Shown: positions 44,761-59,564 of the stretch, piece after piece
How positions within the stretch are numbered: position 1 is the stretch's first letter
How the letters are laid out: the number at the start of each line of letters is the position of its first letter
NCBI GenBank assembly: GCA_013265495.1
Contig: MU058584.1
Span: forward strand, 6,042,407 to 6,106,406
Origin: Vicugna vicugna
Lineage: Eukaryota
DNA: 64,000 nucleotides
Direction of reading: 5' to 3'
The notes under the pieces: model-generated
Told to the model about the DNA's origin: nothing
Database searches by the model: none
Seen by the model: only the letters and a program-made list of their open reading frames with translations
Made by a program: the position numbers and the translations under genes

Positions 44761-47339
44761 ATATATATCTTCTCTGTTGTTTTTAAATTCATATTCTAAC
44801 ATGACTTTTAATATTTTAATTACATTGTATTTATACAGTTTGAAAACTCAATTTAAATCATTAATTAAAAAAAATTTTTAAAGCAACCTAAATTTCCTTT
44901 AAAATATATAACTCTAAAAAGCAAGGTCAGTATTAGTTCATATCAACAGTAAAATGAACACTTTATTTCAATAAATAATACAACCTCACAAATAGATCAG
45001 TCATTCCTCTCCTCCATCCCTTTTAAATAAAATTGCCACAGGCTTCATCTGTTACTAATTATATTAAGTAATATTTTTCTTTCAAAAAAGCCATAGTACA
45101 CACTGGTTGTTATAACAACCTTAATAAAGCAACTTGGAGAGGGCTTTTAAAAAATTACTTTGTATTTCCATTGTAGTGCATGGAATGTAAAATATGTGCC
45201 ATGTAGCCCAATAAGATGGTTAAACACTAGACACAGTCTTCTAATCATGTTCCTTTCTAGTTGATAAAAGCCTAATCTCAAAAGTTAAATTTAGTAATTG
45301 TCTCAACATGTAATACTCTCTCAATTTTATGTCTATAAAATGGAATGTATAGTTAATTAGCACTTTTATTTAAAGTTCTATGTAAAGTGACAGTTTATCA
45401 AACAACCTGTCAGTAAATTTATTTCAGCCTTTAAGCAATTCTTTTTCAGTGTTTCTGAAAGCCAACATTTAATAATTGCTTATACTTAATCTTGCTAAAA
45501 ATGGTTTTCTAAAAAACATAAAATAAAAATTTAAAAAAAACTTCCTTGGAGGCAGAAAGAGGAAGAAGACAAATACCTGGAGATGTTTCCTTGAGCAAAT
45601 TATTTAACCTCTCTAATCCTCTGCTACTTCATCTGCAAAATTAGGACTTAATTTACAAAATGTGGACATAGATATAAGGTCTAGTCAAGCTCTAATAATC
45701 CTGATTCTATATAATGCCCTTAAATGAATTTTCTTCACAATGAAAGTTGAAAGGCATGCCATCTACACTAAAAATTTGGCCAATCAAATCATTCTTATGA
45801 TCCTGGATGAATTACCTTTTCTGAACCTGGTTTTCCTCCTCAACAAAAAATGAGGTTTGATGAGATAATTTATATTGTATCTTCCAAATCTAAGATTTTA
45901 TCAGAAAATTATTAATTATATTCTTGAGATCATTTTTGACAGAGACACATAAGATTGCTATCTAATATGAATCTAATCAATGCGGAGTAGACACATGCTG
46001 ATGGCAAATCAATTTGAATTTTGCAAACCTATTAAAGGTGAACTTATTTTAAACATATAAATGGAAGAATATATTTCAATTTACAGCAAGGGGAAGCAAC
46101 TACTTAGCCACACTGTAACTATACTCAGAAGAATATATGTCACCACATCACATTCTTCTTGAATACAAGATCAATGAAAACAAAAAAACATGTTTTTGAT
46201 TAATCTCTCTAAATAAATTCAATTTTAAAACAGTATCAGACATACAGTGATCACTAATTATATAGTAATGATGAAAATGACAGATACTATGTGTGTAAAA
46301 TAAAATTTCATATATTTCAAGTACCAGAATTCAAGGCACTTATCAAATATGATTAATCAGTCTCAGGTTTTCAAAGAGCGTGTCATGTCATTCAATAAGC
46401 ATAAGCTATTTCCCAGCTCATTAGATTTAAAAAAACAAAAACAGATAGAAATACTATATAGTTAGACTATCTGAAGAATCCACCTATATCAATAATACAG
46501 TCACATAATGACTTGTATTAGCATATAGTTTTAAAACAATTTTCAACAGAGTTAAGGCCAATGATCTAATAACTCCATTTCTAGAAACTTATCCTAAGAA
46601 AATAAACAGAAATATAGACAAAGATGCATATAGAAATGTGTCCACTGAAGTCTTATTTATAATAGCTAAAACTATAAACAACTTACATATTTGAAAATAA
46701 GGTATAGTTAATGTATAATCTATTTAATATAATATTGTGCTTATGAATACTTTTTAATGACATGGAACAAAGCAGATAACTTTTATTCCACCTTCACATA
46801 TTTCTATGTCATTTTTTCAGATGGAGAAAAAATACATGATCAACTTGTACTATTTCTCAAAGATAACTGCATCAACACAATATAAGATGGCAAATAGGAA
46901 CCTACTGTAATAATTCAAACAAGAAATGACATGAGTATAACTAAAGAGAGCATGAATAATAAATTGGCACTGGGAACAGAAAGAAGGGAGAGCTTCAAGA
47001 GATACTTAAGCAAGTTGCAGCTACCAACTGGAATGGCAGGTGAGAAAGAGATTGCGCTAAACTGTAATTTGTCACACTAATATCATAAATGCAGAAGAAA
47101 AATAGCTCAGGGGAAAAATAATAAGGCCAGATGACTTGGAAGCACAATCTTAACTTTAAATTACCTTCTATTTATGATGTGTAATATGGAAAGATTCATT
47201 TTATACATTAGGAAAATACTATTAATTAATAAGAAATATATTTCTTAATAAAGCCATTCAAGCTGAGTTACTTCTATTGTAAAATTTTCATTCAGAATTG
47301 TTTCAGTAGGGTTTACTTTTTCCCCCCCACTTTTTATCA

Positions 47340-47630
<291 letters not shown>

Positions 47631-48489
47631 TCACATTTACTCACTAAAGTAAGATGCAGTTCTAAGAAGATAGCATATTATCTTGAAAATTTTAGCTAGT
47701 TAATTTATTCATTAGAAAACATTATTATTGAGTGATGTGTACATTTTATGAATTAAAACACATAATAAAATAATATTCTTATGATGCTGAGAAAAACACA
47801 GTAACCAAAATCAGATAATAATTCCTACCTTCTTGGAGCTTAGAGCTTAACAGTAATCAAATGGCAATTAAAGGTATATGTTAGCAAGTAATAAAACAAA
47901 CAGGGAGAAGTGATTTTATACATATAGAAAATAAAATAAAATTTCAACAATTAGGGGTTGCTGTGTTAAAAAGAGCTATCATCCAAAATGTTCAGTACAG
48001 CTAGAGTTGAGTTTAAAGATACTAAAACCAATTTTTCATAGTCAAACTAATTTTCTGATAGTCACTATAGAAAATGGCCATATGAAATTCAATAATATTA
48101 TTGTTACACTAGCCAAAGTTAAGGTGACTATCCACTAATTCTAAATAAAATTTCTCTTAGATTTCTGTAATAAAAATGCTTAAGTTCTCATAGGCAATTC
48201 ACTTAATTGTTCCCTTTTCACAGAATTTTGTCACAGATAATGTTTTCCATTTTGCCTTGACTGATAGGAAGTTTCAGAGTTAGACCTGAAAGGTTTCTGT
48301 CAGAATTGCATAGGCTATTATGGCCAAAACAGTCTTTTTGCTCTCCTATGGCCTTGATTTTACTAATTATTTTAGTATTTCATTTCATGTATTCTTATAA
48401 AACACCTCTAAACCTTTTTGAAAATAAATATATTTATATATATGTATATATATAAACTTTTACTTAATAAATATTTGAAATGAAAAGGC

Positions 48490-48720
48490 AATTCACACTA
48501 ATTAAGTACCTACTATATGCCAGGCACTATACTAGTTGATACATAAGCAGTAACCCATTTTAATTTTAAGACAATTTTATGAGGAAAGAAACAGTATAAA
48601 AATTTTACAGATGGGGAACTCCAGATTCAGGGAAGTTAAATAACATGACCTAGCCACACAGCAGGAAAGCCCACCAGAATCCACAGCTTGCATATTTACG
48701 CTACTGCATCATGCTGACAT
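48490..48720 (-). mobile_element. MIR SINE
   Basis: tacctactatatgccaggcact...attttacagatggggaact...gttaaataacatgacc. Confidence 0.7.
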
Positions 48721-48930
48721 TACATGCAAGGCACTAATAAAAAGTTTTAAAGTTGTGCTGAAAAACATATAGTAGACTTCTTCTTGCAACTAAGATAGAT
48801 GTAGTGGGTTGAATAATGTTCCCCCCAAATTTCTGTCTGCTGAAAACCTCAGAATTTGACCTAATTTCCACAATAACTAATTAAAGGATATGCAAACAAA
48901 AAGATGTAAACTATGTCAAAAACATCAAAT

Positions 48931-48931
<1 letters not shown>

Positions 48932-48968
<37 letters not shown>
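48932..48968. repeat. (CA)n microsatellite
   Basis: Uninterrupted AC run of about 18 units. Confidence 0.95.
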
Positions 48969-48970
<2 letters not shown>

Positions 48971-50603
48971 AGAAAACATATATATGTTATATATGAACCA
49001 ATCAAAAATCTGTGATACACACACACACACACGGAATCCAAACATAACATTAAAGATAGTCATCAAATCACAAGGGAAGAGAGCAAAAGAAAAAGAAAGG
49101 AACATAAAAGGATTACAAAAACAACCCCAAAACAATTAACAAAGCGACAAAAAGTATTCACTTATCAATAATTACTTTAAGTATAAAAGGACTAAAAGCT
49201 CCAAACAAAAGACAGAGACTGATGGGATGGTTACAAAAACAAGATCTTTATATACCCTATCTACAAGAGAATCACTTCATATCTAAACACACAAACTGAC
49301 TGAAAATGGGAGGATGGAAAAAGGTATTGCAGGCAAATGGAAGTAAAAAGAAAAATGAAATAATAATACTTATATCAGACAAACAGACTTTAAACCAAAG
49401 ACTATAAGTAGAGACAAAAAATGATATTACATAATGGTAAAGGGATCACTCCAACAAGAAAATATAACTTTAAATGTATATGCACATGGAAACACAAAAG
49501 ATCTTGAATATCCAAAACAATCTTGACAAAGAACAAAGCTGGAAGTATCACACTTTCTGGTATCAAACTATACTACAAAGCTACAGTGATCAAAACAGTG
49601 TGGCATGACACAAAAACAGACACATGGATCAACTGAACAGAACAGAGAGCCTAAGAATAAACCTGCATTTGTATGGTCAATTAATCTTTGACAGTGGAGG
49701 CAAGAATATAAAATGGCTAAAAGGCAGCCTCTTCAGTAAATGATGCTGAGAAAAGTAGACAGCTACATGCAAAAGAATCAAACTGGACTATTTTTTTGCA
49801 CCTTATACAAAAACAGACTCATAATCGATCAAAGACTTAAGTATAAGACCTAAAACCATAAAACTCCTGAAGAAAACATAGGCAGTGTGTTCTTTTGACA
49901 TCAGCCTTAAAAATAATTTTCTGAATATGTCTCCTCAGGCAAGGGAAACAAAAGCAAAAATAAACAAGTGGGGGTACATCAAATTAAAAAGCTTTTGTAT
50001 AGCAAAGAAAATGATCAGCAAAATGAAAAGACAGCTTACCAAAGAGAAAAAGACATTTGCAAATGATATATCTGATAAAGGGTTAATATACAAAATACAA
50101 AAAGAACTCACACAACTCAACATCATAAACTTAAAGAACTTAATTTTAAAATAGGCAGAGAATCTGACTAGAAATTTTACAAAGAAGATGTACAGATGGT
50201 CAAAAGACACATGAAAAATGCTCAACATAATCAATTATGAGGCAAATGCAAATCAAAACCACAAAGATAGATCACCTCACACCTGTCAGGATGACTATTA
50301 TCGAAAAGACAACAAACAAGTGTTGGCAAAGATGAGGGAAAAAAGGAACCCTCATGCTCTGTTGGTGAGAATGTAAACTGGTGCAGCCACTATGGAAAAT
50401 AGTATTTAGTTTCCTCAAAAACTAAAAATAGAACTATCATACCATTCAGTAATTCCACTTTGGGGTATTTTTCCAAAGAAAAGAAAAACACTAATTTGAA
50501 AAGACATATGCATCACTATGTCCACTGCAGCATTATTTACAACAGCCAAGTTATGGAAACAACTTGAGTGTCCATTGATGGATGAATGAATAAAGAAATG
50601 TGG

Positions 50604-50645
50604 TGTGTGTGTGTATGAATGTGTGTGTGTGTGTGTGTGTGTGTA
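50604..50645. repeat. (TG)n microsatellite, interrupted
   Basis: Two TG runs separated by atgaa, inside the L1 3' region. Confidence 0.9.
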
Positions 50646-51176
50646 TACATACATTCACACACACATAGTATAGGTGTATATATACAAATATACCTACATA
50701 CAATAGAATATTACTCAGCCATAAAAAATGAAACTTTAACATCTGCAATAACATGGATGGACCTAGAGGGTATTTAAGAGAAATAAGTCAGAGAAAGACA
50801 AATACTATATAATTTCACTTATAAGTTGAACATAAAAAACAAAACAAACGAACAACCCTAACAAAATAGACACACACTCATAAATACAGAGGACAAAGTG
50901 GTGCCTGTCAGAGGGAAGGGAGGTGGGTGGCTGAGTAAAATAGATGAGGGAGATTAAGAGTTATAATCTTCCAATTATAAAATAAATAATTTGGGAGGAT
51001 ATAATATACAGTATAAGGAATACAGTCATAATATTATAGTAACTTTGTGTGGTGATAGACGTTAACTAGACTTATCATGGTGATCATTTTGTAATGGATA
51101 AAAACACTGAATAATTATCTTATATACCTGAATCTGATATAATATTGCAAGTTAATTATACCTGAATTAAAAAAAA

Positions 51177-53435
51177 GATCTCAAATAAACAACCTAAGTT
51201 AACATCTCAAGGAACCAGAAAAGAATAAATGAAGCCCAAAATAGTAGAAGGAAGGAAACAAAGATCTGAGCAGAAATAAATGAAACTGAGAACAGAAAAA
51301 GAGAAAAGCTCAATGAAACTGAGTTGTTTTTTTTTTCAAAAATAAAACTGATAAGTTTTTAGCTAAACTTACCAAGAAAAAAAAGAGGACTGAAACAAAT
51401 AAAATTAAGATGAAAGTGGAAACATTATACCTAATATGACAGAAAACAAAGGTTCTTAGGAGACTAACATGAACAATTATTTGCCAACCAAACGGGATAA
51501 CCTAGAAAAAGTGGATATATTTCTAGAAACATACAACCTAGCAGGACTGAATCATGAAAGAACAGAAAATCTGAACAGACCAATGAGTAAGAAGATTGAA
51601 TCAGTAATCAAAACTTCTCAACAAAGAAAAGCCCAGGACCAGATGGCATCTTGGGGTAATCCTACCAAACATTTAAAGAAGAATTACCACCAACCCTTCT
51701 CAACCTCTTCCAAAAAACTGAAGAGGAAGGGACACTTTCAAACTCATTTTACAAGGCCATCATTACTCTGAAACAAAGCCAGATAAGGTCATTACAAGAA
51801 AGGACAACTACAGACCAATATCCCTGATGAACACAAATGCAAATATTCTCAACAAAATACTAGTAAACTGAATGCACCACTACATTAAAAGGATCACACA
51901 CCATGATCAAGTGGTATTTATCCCTAGGATGCAAGGATGGTTCAACATAAACAAATCAATAAGTATGATACATCACATTAACAAAATGAAAGGTAAAAAC
52001 ATGATCATCTCAATAGATACAGAAAAGGCATTTGAGACAATTCCACATGATAAAACTCTCAACAAACTAGGAATAGAAGGTAATTATCCTAACATAATAA
52101 AAAGCCACATGACAAGCCCACTGTCAACATCATACTTCACAGTGAAAAACAGAAAGCTTTTACTCTAAGATCAGCAACGAGGCAAGGATGCCTACCTTTG
52201 TCATTTTATTCAATGTAATACTGGAAAAACTAGTCAGAGCATTTAGGGAAGAAAAATAAATAAAAGGTATACTAATTGGAAAGGAGGATGTAAAACTGCT
52301 TGCTGAAGATCTGATCTTGTATATAGAACTTCTTAAGACTCCACCTAAAAATTATTAAAATAAATAAATTCACTAAAATCTCAAGATAAAAAATGAATTA
52401 ACAAAAGCCTGTTGCACTTCTATAAACTAACAGCTAACTATCTGAAAAGAAATAAAGAAAACAATGTCATTTACAATAACATCAAAAGCAGTAAGATACT
52501 TAGGAATTAAATTTAACTACGGAAGAGAAAGATGTATACACTGAAAATTATGAGGTTGATAAAACAAATTGAAGAGGACACAAAAAATGGAAAGATATGC
52601 TGTGTTCATGGATCACAAGAGTTAACTGTTTACATGTCCATATTATCTGAAGATATCTATAGATTCAATGCATCCTCTATAAAAACTGCAATGGTACTTT
52701 TCACAGAAAGAGAAAAAAAAATCTTAAAATTTGTATGGAACTACAAAAAACCACAAATAGCCAAAGCAATCTTGAAAAAGCTGAAGGGATCATATTTCCT
52801 GGTTTTAAATTATATCACAAAGCTGTAAGTAATCAAAACAGTATGGTACTGGCATAAAAATAGACATATAGACCAATGGAGCAGAACTGAGAGCTCAAAA
52901 TAAACATATATATAGATAAAATAGAGTACTATTTGTTCATAAAAATAGATGGCTATTCTGTCATTTGTGACAACACAGATGGATCTTGCAGGGATTACGT
53001 GAAGTGAAATAAGTAAGACAAAGAAAGACTAATGCTATATGTTATTACTTATATGTAGAATCTAAAAACATTGAACTCACAGAAACAAGGAGTAGATTAA
53101 TCGTTACTGAAAGCTGGGTTGTGGGGGAAATGGGGAGACTGTAGTCAAAGAGTACAAACTTTCAATTGTAAGATGAATAAGTTCTGGGGATCTAATGTAC
53201 AGCATGATGACTACAGTTAAAAACACTGTCTTGTATATCTGAATGGTGCTATGACACATCTTAAATGTTCTCACCAAAACAAAAAAATGTAATTAAGTGA
53301 GGGGGAGGATGTGTTAACTAATCTTACTGAGGCAAACATTTTGCAATATATACTTGTATCAAACCATCACACTGTATACTTTAAACCTGTACAATGTTAT
53401 ATGTCAATTATATCTCAGTAAAGCTAGGGAAAAAT
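51177..53435 (+). mobile_element. second L1 remnant (ORF2 RT region plus 3' UTR)
   Basis: ORF 51872..52168 HHDQVVFIPRMQGWFNINKS...IISIDTEKAF is L1 reverse transcriptase; 3' end tatatgtcaattatatctcagtaaagct. Confidence 0.92.
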
Positions 53436-53973
53436 CAATAGTCAATTATAAATCGAGAATTGAGCGCACACTTAAAGTCCTCATATTATTCTTACTAATA
53501 ACATGAGACTATGCATCTTATCAGTGACTGAGAAACCATACTATTGAACTGTTAAATCTCTCAACAAACCTCAGAAAGAAGAGATTATTTTTTATTGAAG
53601 AGAAATATTTTGAAAATTTTACATCAATTTCCTAGGAAAGCAAACAAAATTGTCACTCTATAAGATAAATATAGTAAAGTTTGAGAGACAAGATTCTTAT
53701 TATTGAAAAGGTCACACATTGGATTAAAAAATCCTGTCTGAGTAAAAAAATGTCCAGAATGTAATTTATACAATCAAGAGCAGAATGGGGCTTTTCGGTG
53801 GAAAAATAGTGGAGCAAAATTTAAAACACTACCAATGGTAAAGACAGAAGATTTTGTAGCACAGTAAAATTCATAGAACTTTCAATTATTCTGGTATTAG
53901 CTTTATTCATCTGACAAAAATATAGAACAAAATAAATGTAGAGTAACCACTTTGTTGCTTTTCTCACTGTTTA

Positions 53974-54141
<168 letters not shown>

Positions 54142-54720
54142 CTATCAAGAACAGTACTATTAAATTTTATGTGCAATGTTCCCCAGTTATTTTCTCTCAC
54201 CAGTAGTTTAACATATTCTTCTCTGTATAATAATCATGTTATAACAAGACTTCTTAACCAAGGGTTGGATGACGTGCTTGAGACCTTGGATAAACACCTT
54301 GGATGGTCTTCATCCAATACTTGAATTCTCAGAAAATATATGTAAAATATTTTATGTATGTGTGCAAGTCTCTAACTTTCACCAGATTATAAAATGGGTT
54401 CATAAACTAAGAGGTTACTGCCTCAGAGAGTGATTTCCTTAATAAGAATACTGAATTCCACTTCAGACATGTGTCCAGAACATTCAAAGGACATGGATTA
54501 GATCTAAAGCTTTTTAGCATCATCTTTAGACTACATACAGAAAGAAAAATATCCCAAAGTTAGAGGTAAACAAAGTTGAAAAATTGTATCTTATGGCCCC
54601 AAATAGCCCCCTGGACACCAGCAGAAATAAACAATTACTTCAGTATGACTTTAGGATCCCAAAGCATTTAAGAATATTCTCCTTGTTGAATGCTACTTGC
54701 ACCAAAACACAAGGAAACCT

Positions 54721-54819
54721 GGGGGGTGGGTATAGCTCAGTGGTAGAGTGCATGCTTAGCACACGGGAGGTCCTTGGTCCTGGGTTCAATCCTCACTACT
54801 ACCATATTAAAAAAATGTG
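54721..54819 (+). mobile_element. tRNA-derived SINE (Vic-1-like, camelid)
   Basis: A box TAGCTCAGTGG, B box GGTTCAATCC, A-rich tail; flanking direct repeat acacaaggaaac at 54707-54718 and 54823-54834. Confidence 0.85.
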
Positions 54820-54905
54820 AAGACACAAGGAAACTTAATAAAAAGTAGTATTTCAGGAAAAAATGGCCAAAATTCTGATAGGTCATTTTTATACTCCTTC
54901 AATTA

Positions 54906-55080
54906 CCGTAATCCACTGATTCTAAGACACATTTTTCGCACATCTTAACATCTCCAGAATTTGGATGTCTTATAATTCATGATGCATCAGTTTAATTAGA
55001 ATTAAGTTTCCTTTCTTAGTTGTTAATAAATAATGGTGTATCTTACATTTAATGGTGTCTGATATTACAGGAATATGATA
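54906..55080. mobile_element. TcMar-Tc2 MITE (MER104-like)
   Basis: ccgtaatccactgattctaagacacattttt...taacatctccagaatttggatg. Confidence 0.65.
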
Positions 55081-56162
55081 TATCCTACCATATCAGTTCC
55101 TGTCACCTAACAATCACAAAGTATAAGTTCACAATTGTTCAGAGTCCCACTTGTGGTTTTCTCTGTACCCCTCCAGTTTAAATGAATTTTAGGTACTCCA
55201 GAAAAGACATAAAGCCTCCAGGACTATTGACTTGCCCACGTGGTTTAAGTCAATACTAATCTAGATGTCAGAAGCTTATAACACACACAGAAAACTTCTA
55301 AACCTGGAAAGATCCTAATTAAGAAAGTTCAAACCAGGATCTTGAGCATTCCATGAAGGGGAGGTGACAAATATGATACTGGGCACAAAAGAAATAATAT
55401 TTTTACCTTTTTAGAAGATCAATAAATATTGGGTTCAAAACAAAGTTACCAATATGGCTTGTTGATCTGCAAAACATGTTATATAAAGACAGATATAAAT
55501 AAGTCAGGGCCTTCCATTTAGAAGAATTAAACTTGTAGAGGAAATATGATACATATCTTCAAATATAAGAAATGTGCTGTTGAAGACAGTATCCTTAATT
55601 GTATATTGCCTCAATATGCAAGATTAGAACCAAGTGTTACAAGTTACTGGGACGTGAACTTTAGTATACTAAGCCAAAATAAAACTATTTTAATAAATAC
55701 AATGTGAAACCACAGAATGAGCTAAGTCAATAAGCAGTGGCACGTTAAAGAGACTAAATAACCCATTTGTAAGGGAGGCTGCAAAAAAGATTCTTGTATT
55801 GAAAGACAGGATAAAATACATTATTTTTAATGGTCCTTTCATGGGTTCTATCATTGTGCAGACTTTTCAAATTTGTATGTATTAAGAAAAGTATTTTTGC
55901 ACTTAATTAAGAAAAATAGAATTGAAAACTCTGTCTTTCACCAAATTCACACTCATTCCAATCAAAGTCGCCTTTTTACACAAAGAACTAGATAAACAAC
56001 AGTGGTGAGCCAGATGTAAGCTAACTAAAGGATCTTAGGGGACATAGTAGTGCAGCCACTTGGAGACTCACCAATTCAGGTCCACAGGTATCTATTCCCC
56101 TCTACTCTATTAACTGATCAAAGTTGTAAGAAAGATGAAAAGTGTATGTCAAGCCTTATTCA

Positions 56163-56438
<276 letters not shown>

Positions 56439-57026
56439 TTAAAGCAGAGTTTTTAGTATGCATTTAAAGGAATACATTTTGTGGGTTCAGGAAATTTGTT
56501 TTGGATAAACAGTGGTACAAAACAACCTAAAATAGATTTGATATACCTATTTCAATAAATACATATGCCTACAGTATACTAGGAAGACTTGAAATTGTGA
56601 TATTATTTTAAACATATTTTAACATACGTTTACCTAAAATGGCATTAGTCTTAACTTAGAAATTAAACAAAACACATTTTTGTAATTAACTACCATTTTA
56701 ACTATTCAGATACTCAGAATAGAATTTCACACTACTATCTAACAAAATAATACAAAAGTACTATTACTGAATAAAACTGATACCAGAAAATAAACTAGTG
56801 AATTATTAGTAATCAGGTTTTGTATTACGTTTCCTAGACAATTCATTCATTCAAGTATTTATTCATTAAATATTCTTCGCTAATGCTGGCACACTTTTGG
56901 AATAAAGACAAAAAATTCTCTATAAATCAGTCAGAAACTTTTCACAGTGTCTCAAAGCATCTTTCTAAAGAATATGTATATAAATAATATATAGATACAC
57001 GTATAGATTTGCAAACATGTATTACA

Positions 57027-57244
57027 CAGTTGACCCTTGAACAATGCAGGGGACAGAGGTGCCAACCCTCCGTGCAGTCAAGAATTTATGTATAACTTAT
57101 AGTGGGGCCTCCATACACACAGTTCCACATCCACCAATTTAACTAGTGGGGGATCTTGTAGTACCACAGTACATATTTAGTGAAAAAAATCCACATTTAA
57201 GTGGACCTGTGCAGTTCAAACCTACACTGTTCAAGGGTCAACTG
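57027..57244. mobile_element. Tigger2-family MITE, 218 bp
   Basis: Perfect 17-bp terminal inverted repeats cagttgacccttgaaca / tgttcaagggtcaactg; TA on the right flank. Confidence 0.9.
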
Positions 57245-57254
57245 TACATAAAAT

Positions 57255-57460
57255 AGTAACATTACCTGGCACTTACTCTGGGTCAAGCTTTATTCTAATA
57301 ACTATCTGAACTATTTACCATCTACGATTATAGATGAGGAAACTGAGCACAAAAAAGTTAAGTAATGTAACCAAGATCAAGCAGTTAATAAATAGCAGGA
57401 CTCATATTCAAAGTCAGAGAGTCTATTTCCAGAGCTCAAAACTCTTAAACTATAAACCAT
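57255..57460 (-). mobile_element. MIR SINE
   Basis: tagatgaggaaactgagcac...gttaagtaatgtaaccaagatca...tccagagctc. Confidence 0.75.
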
Positions 57461-57674
57461 TGTATCATCCTACTGTATGTATACATGCATGGGCGAGTTT
57501 AGACTGAATAAAAGACAGAATAACAAGGAGGACAGAGAATGGGAAATAGAATTTAGAGGCAGAAAACAGAAACATCGGAAGGCTGAGAAAACTAGTGATC
57601 AACTATCTAAATCAATGACACAGACAGAGAAAGAGAGACAGATTACTACTTTTATTTCCTAATTTTTATACTTA

Positions 57675-57872
<198 letters not shown>

Positions 57873-59564
57873 CTAAGTTAGAACTGGGACAAAAAAGCAG
57901 GATGCTTCTTTCCAACACAGAAAGCTATTTTTAAAACTGAAATACTAAAACTCACAACATGTAGCTTTAAGTCTACTACTGCAAACAGAAAAATAAAATA
58001 TAATTTAAATAAAGTAACATAATAAGTTTACTATGGGTGACAATAAAATAATAAAAAGAACCATTTATTTCTTAATTTGCATTTCCACTTGCTACTATAG
58101 TACCAATTTCTTCCTAAACATCTGACTTAATATGTTTGTAAATAAGGAAAAAAAATTAGAATAAATCTAAAACCATAGTGAGCAGTTTATGGCAGGCTAA
58201 TACTAACTCCACTAAAGAAAATTAAAAGCCAAACAACAATTCTACACAGAAAAGTAAGTCTAACATTTTAATATCATGTTAAATTGATACCAATAGACAT
58301 AAATACAGCAAAAAATCATTCACAAAATTAGCTTCAGGGTAGATTAAAAAACATCTCTGCTAGATCTTTATCCTGAAAAGGAAAAATTAATGAATTGATT
58401 AACAAGAATTACCATACATTAAGTAAACATAAAGTAATCAGACTGGTTTCAAATTAGTGTTGTTACATGGCTTACTAAGTCTTAAAATAATTAAAAATTG
58501 AAATTATCTGTGTATACACAGAGATCACAATTCAACTTTCTATAATAGACATCTAGGATCTACTGCACTTTGTGGACTACATTATTATATTTACTATGGT
58601 AATGAAAGTGTTGTTTGCGCTTTCTGGCCATTCAGATTATGAAACAAGAAGAATTCACTATATTATTAATCCACGTAATGAGGACTTTTTTAAACAAACT
58701 GAAAAACACCCTACACTAGCATTTCCCAATGTTGCTCATATTCACAATACAGAACACTGGTATAACTGATGCCTTGAACAAAATTATTCTGAAGTCAAGT
58801 AAACAGGTAACATGCAAAGGCTCTACAAAGTCCTACTTAATAAATGATCTGGTTTTTCTTTGTTTAATCCAGTATTACCAAAGGCATTTCATCACTATAG
58901 ACTAAATGAAATAGTGTTTCTTAGAATATACTTTTGAAAATGATGTACTATAATGTCATGAATTTATTAGCATTTTTCTCCTTTAGTAAAGAATAGACAA
59001 ATGCCTCAATAAGAATACAGCTACAAGTATATACACACAGGTTATGAAGAAATAAACCAAAAGAAATGACAAAGTTTACAAAAGGTCAAAATGTAACCCA
59101 AAATTAATTTGTAAGTTGAATGCAATCATAATTAAAATTCATTATGATTTTTTTTTAGCAAATATGATAAAGTGATCTCAAAATAATATGTAAGAAAATG
59201 TACAAGACCAACAACAACAATTTTTGAAAAACCAACAAACTGGAACATTTCTCCTACATATTCTAAAACTCTAGTCAAAGTACCAAACAAAACATAACAA
59301 CAAATTATGATTCTATTATAGAAATTATCAAATAGATCAGTGGAAAAGAAAAGAGAGCATCAAAGCATCCATGAAAGTATCAGAACAGTACCTGGCACAG
59401 AATTAGCTTTCAAGAAGTGCCTATTGAATAGAAGAATGGCAAGCAGATAGTAGAAAAGGCATTTGAAGCCTTTGGGGAAAGAAGGAGTATTCATTAACCA
59501 GTTTGGAATATATGGAAAAAAATAAAACTACATCTTTACCTCCCACTTTCAACAAAAATGTATT

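Larger units (their letters stand above)
48870..51176 (+). mobile_element. L1 remnant with endonuclease start, internal deletion, ORF2 C-terminus and 3' UTR
   Basis: EN-like sequence about 49140-49485, C-terminal ORF2 (ORF 49885..50154 KAKINKWGYIKLKSFC), 3' UTR ending in an A tail at about 51176. Confidence 0.9.

Noticed and set aside
51469..52828. ORFs with reverse-transcriptase motifs as a novel RT system
   Set aside because: They are frameshifted fragments of ordinary L1 ORF2.
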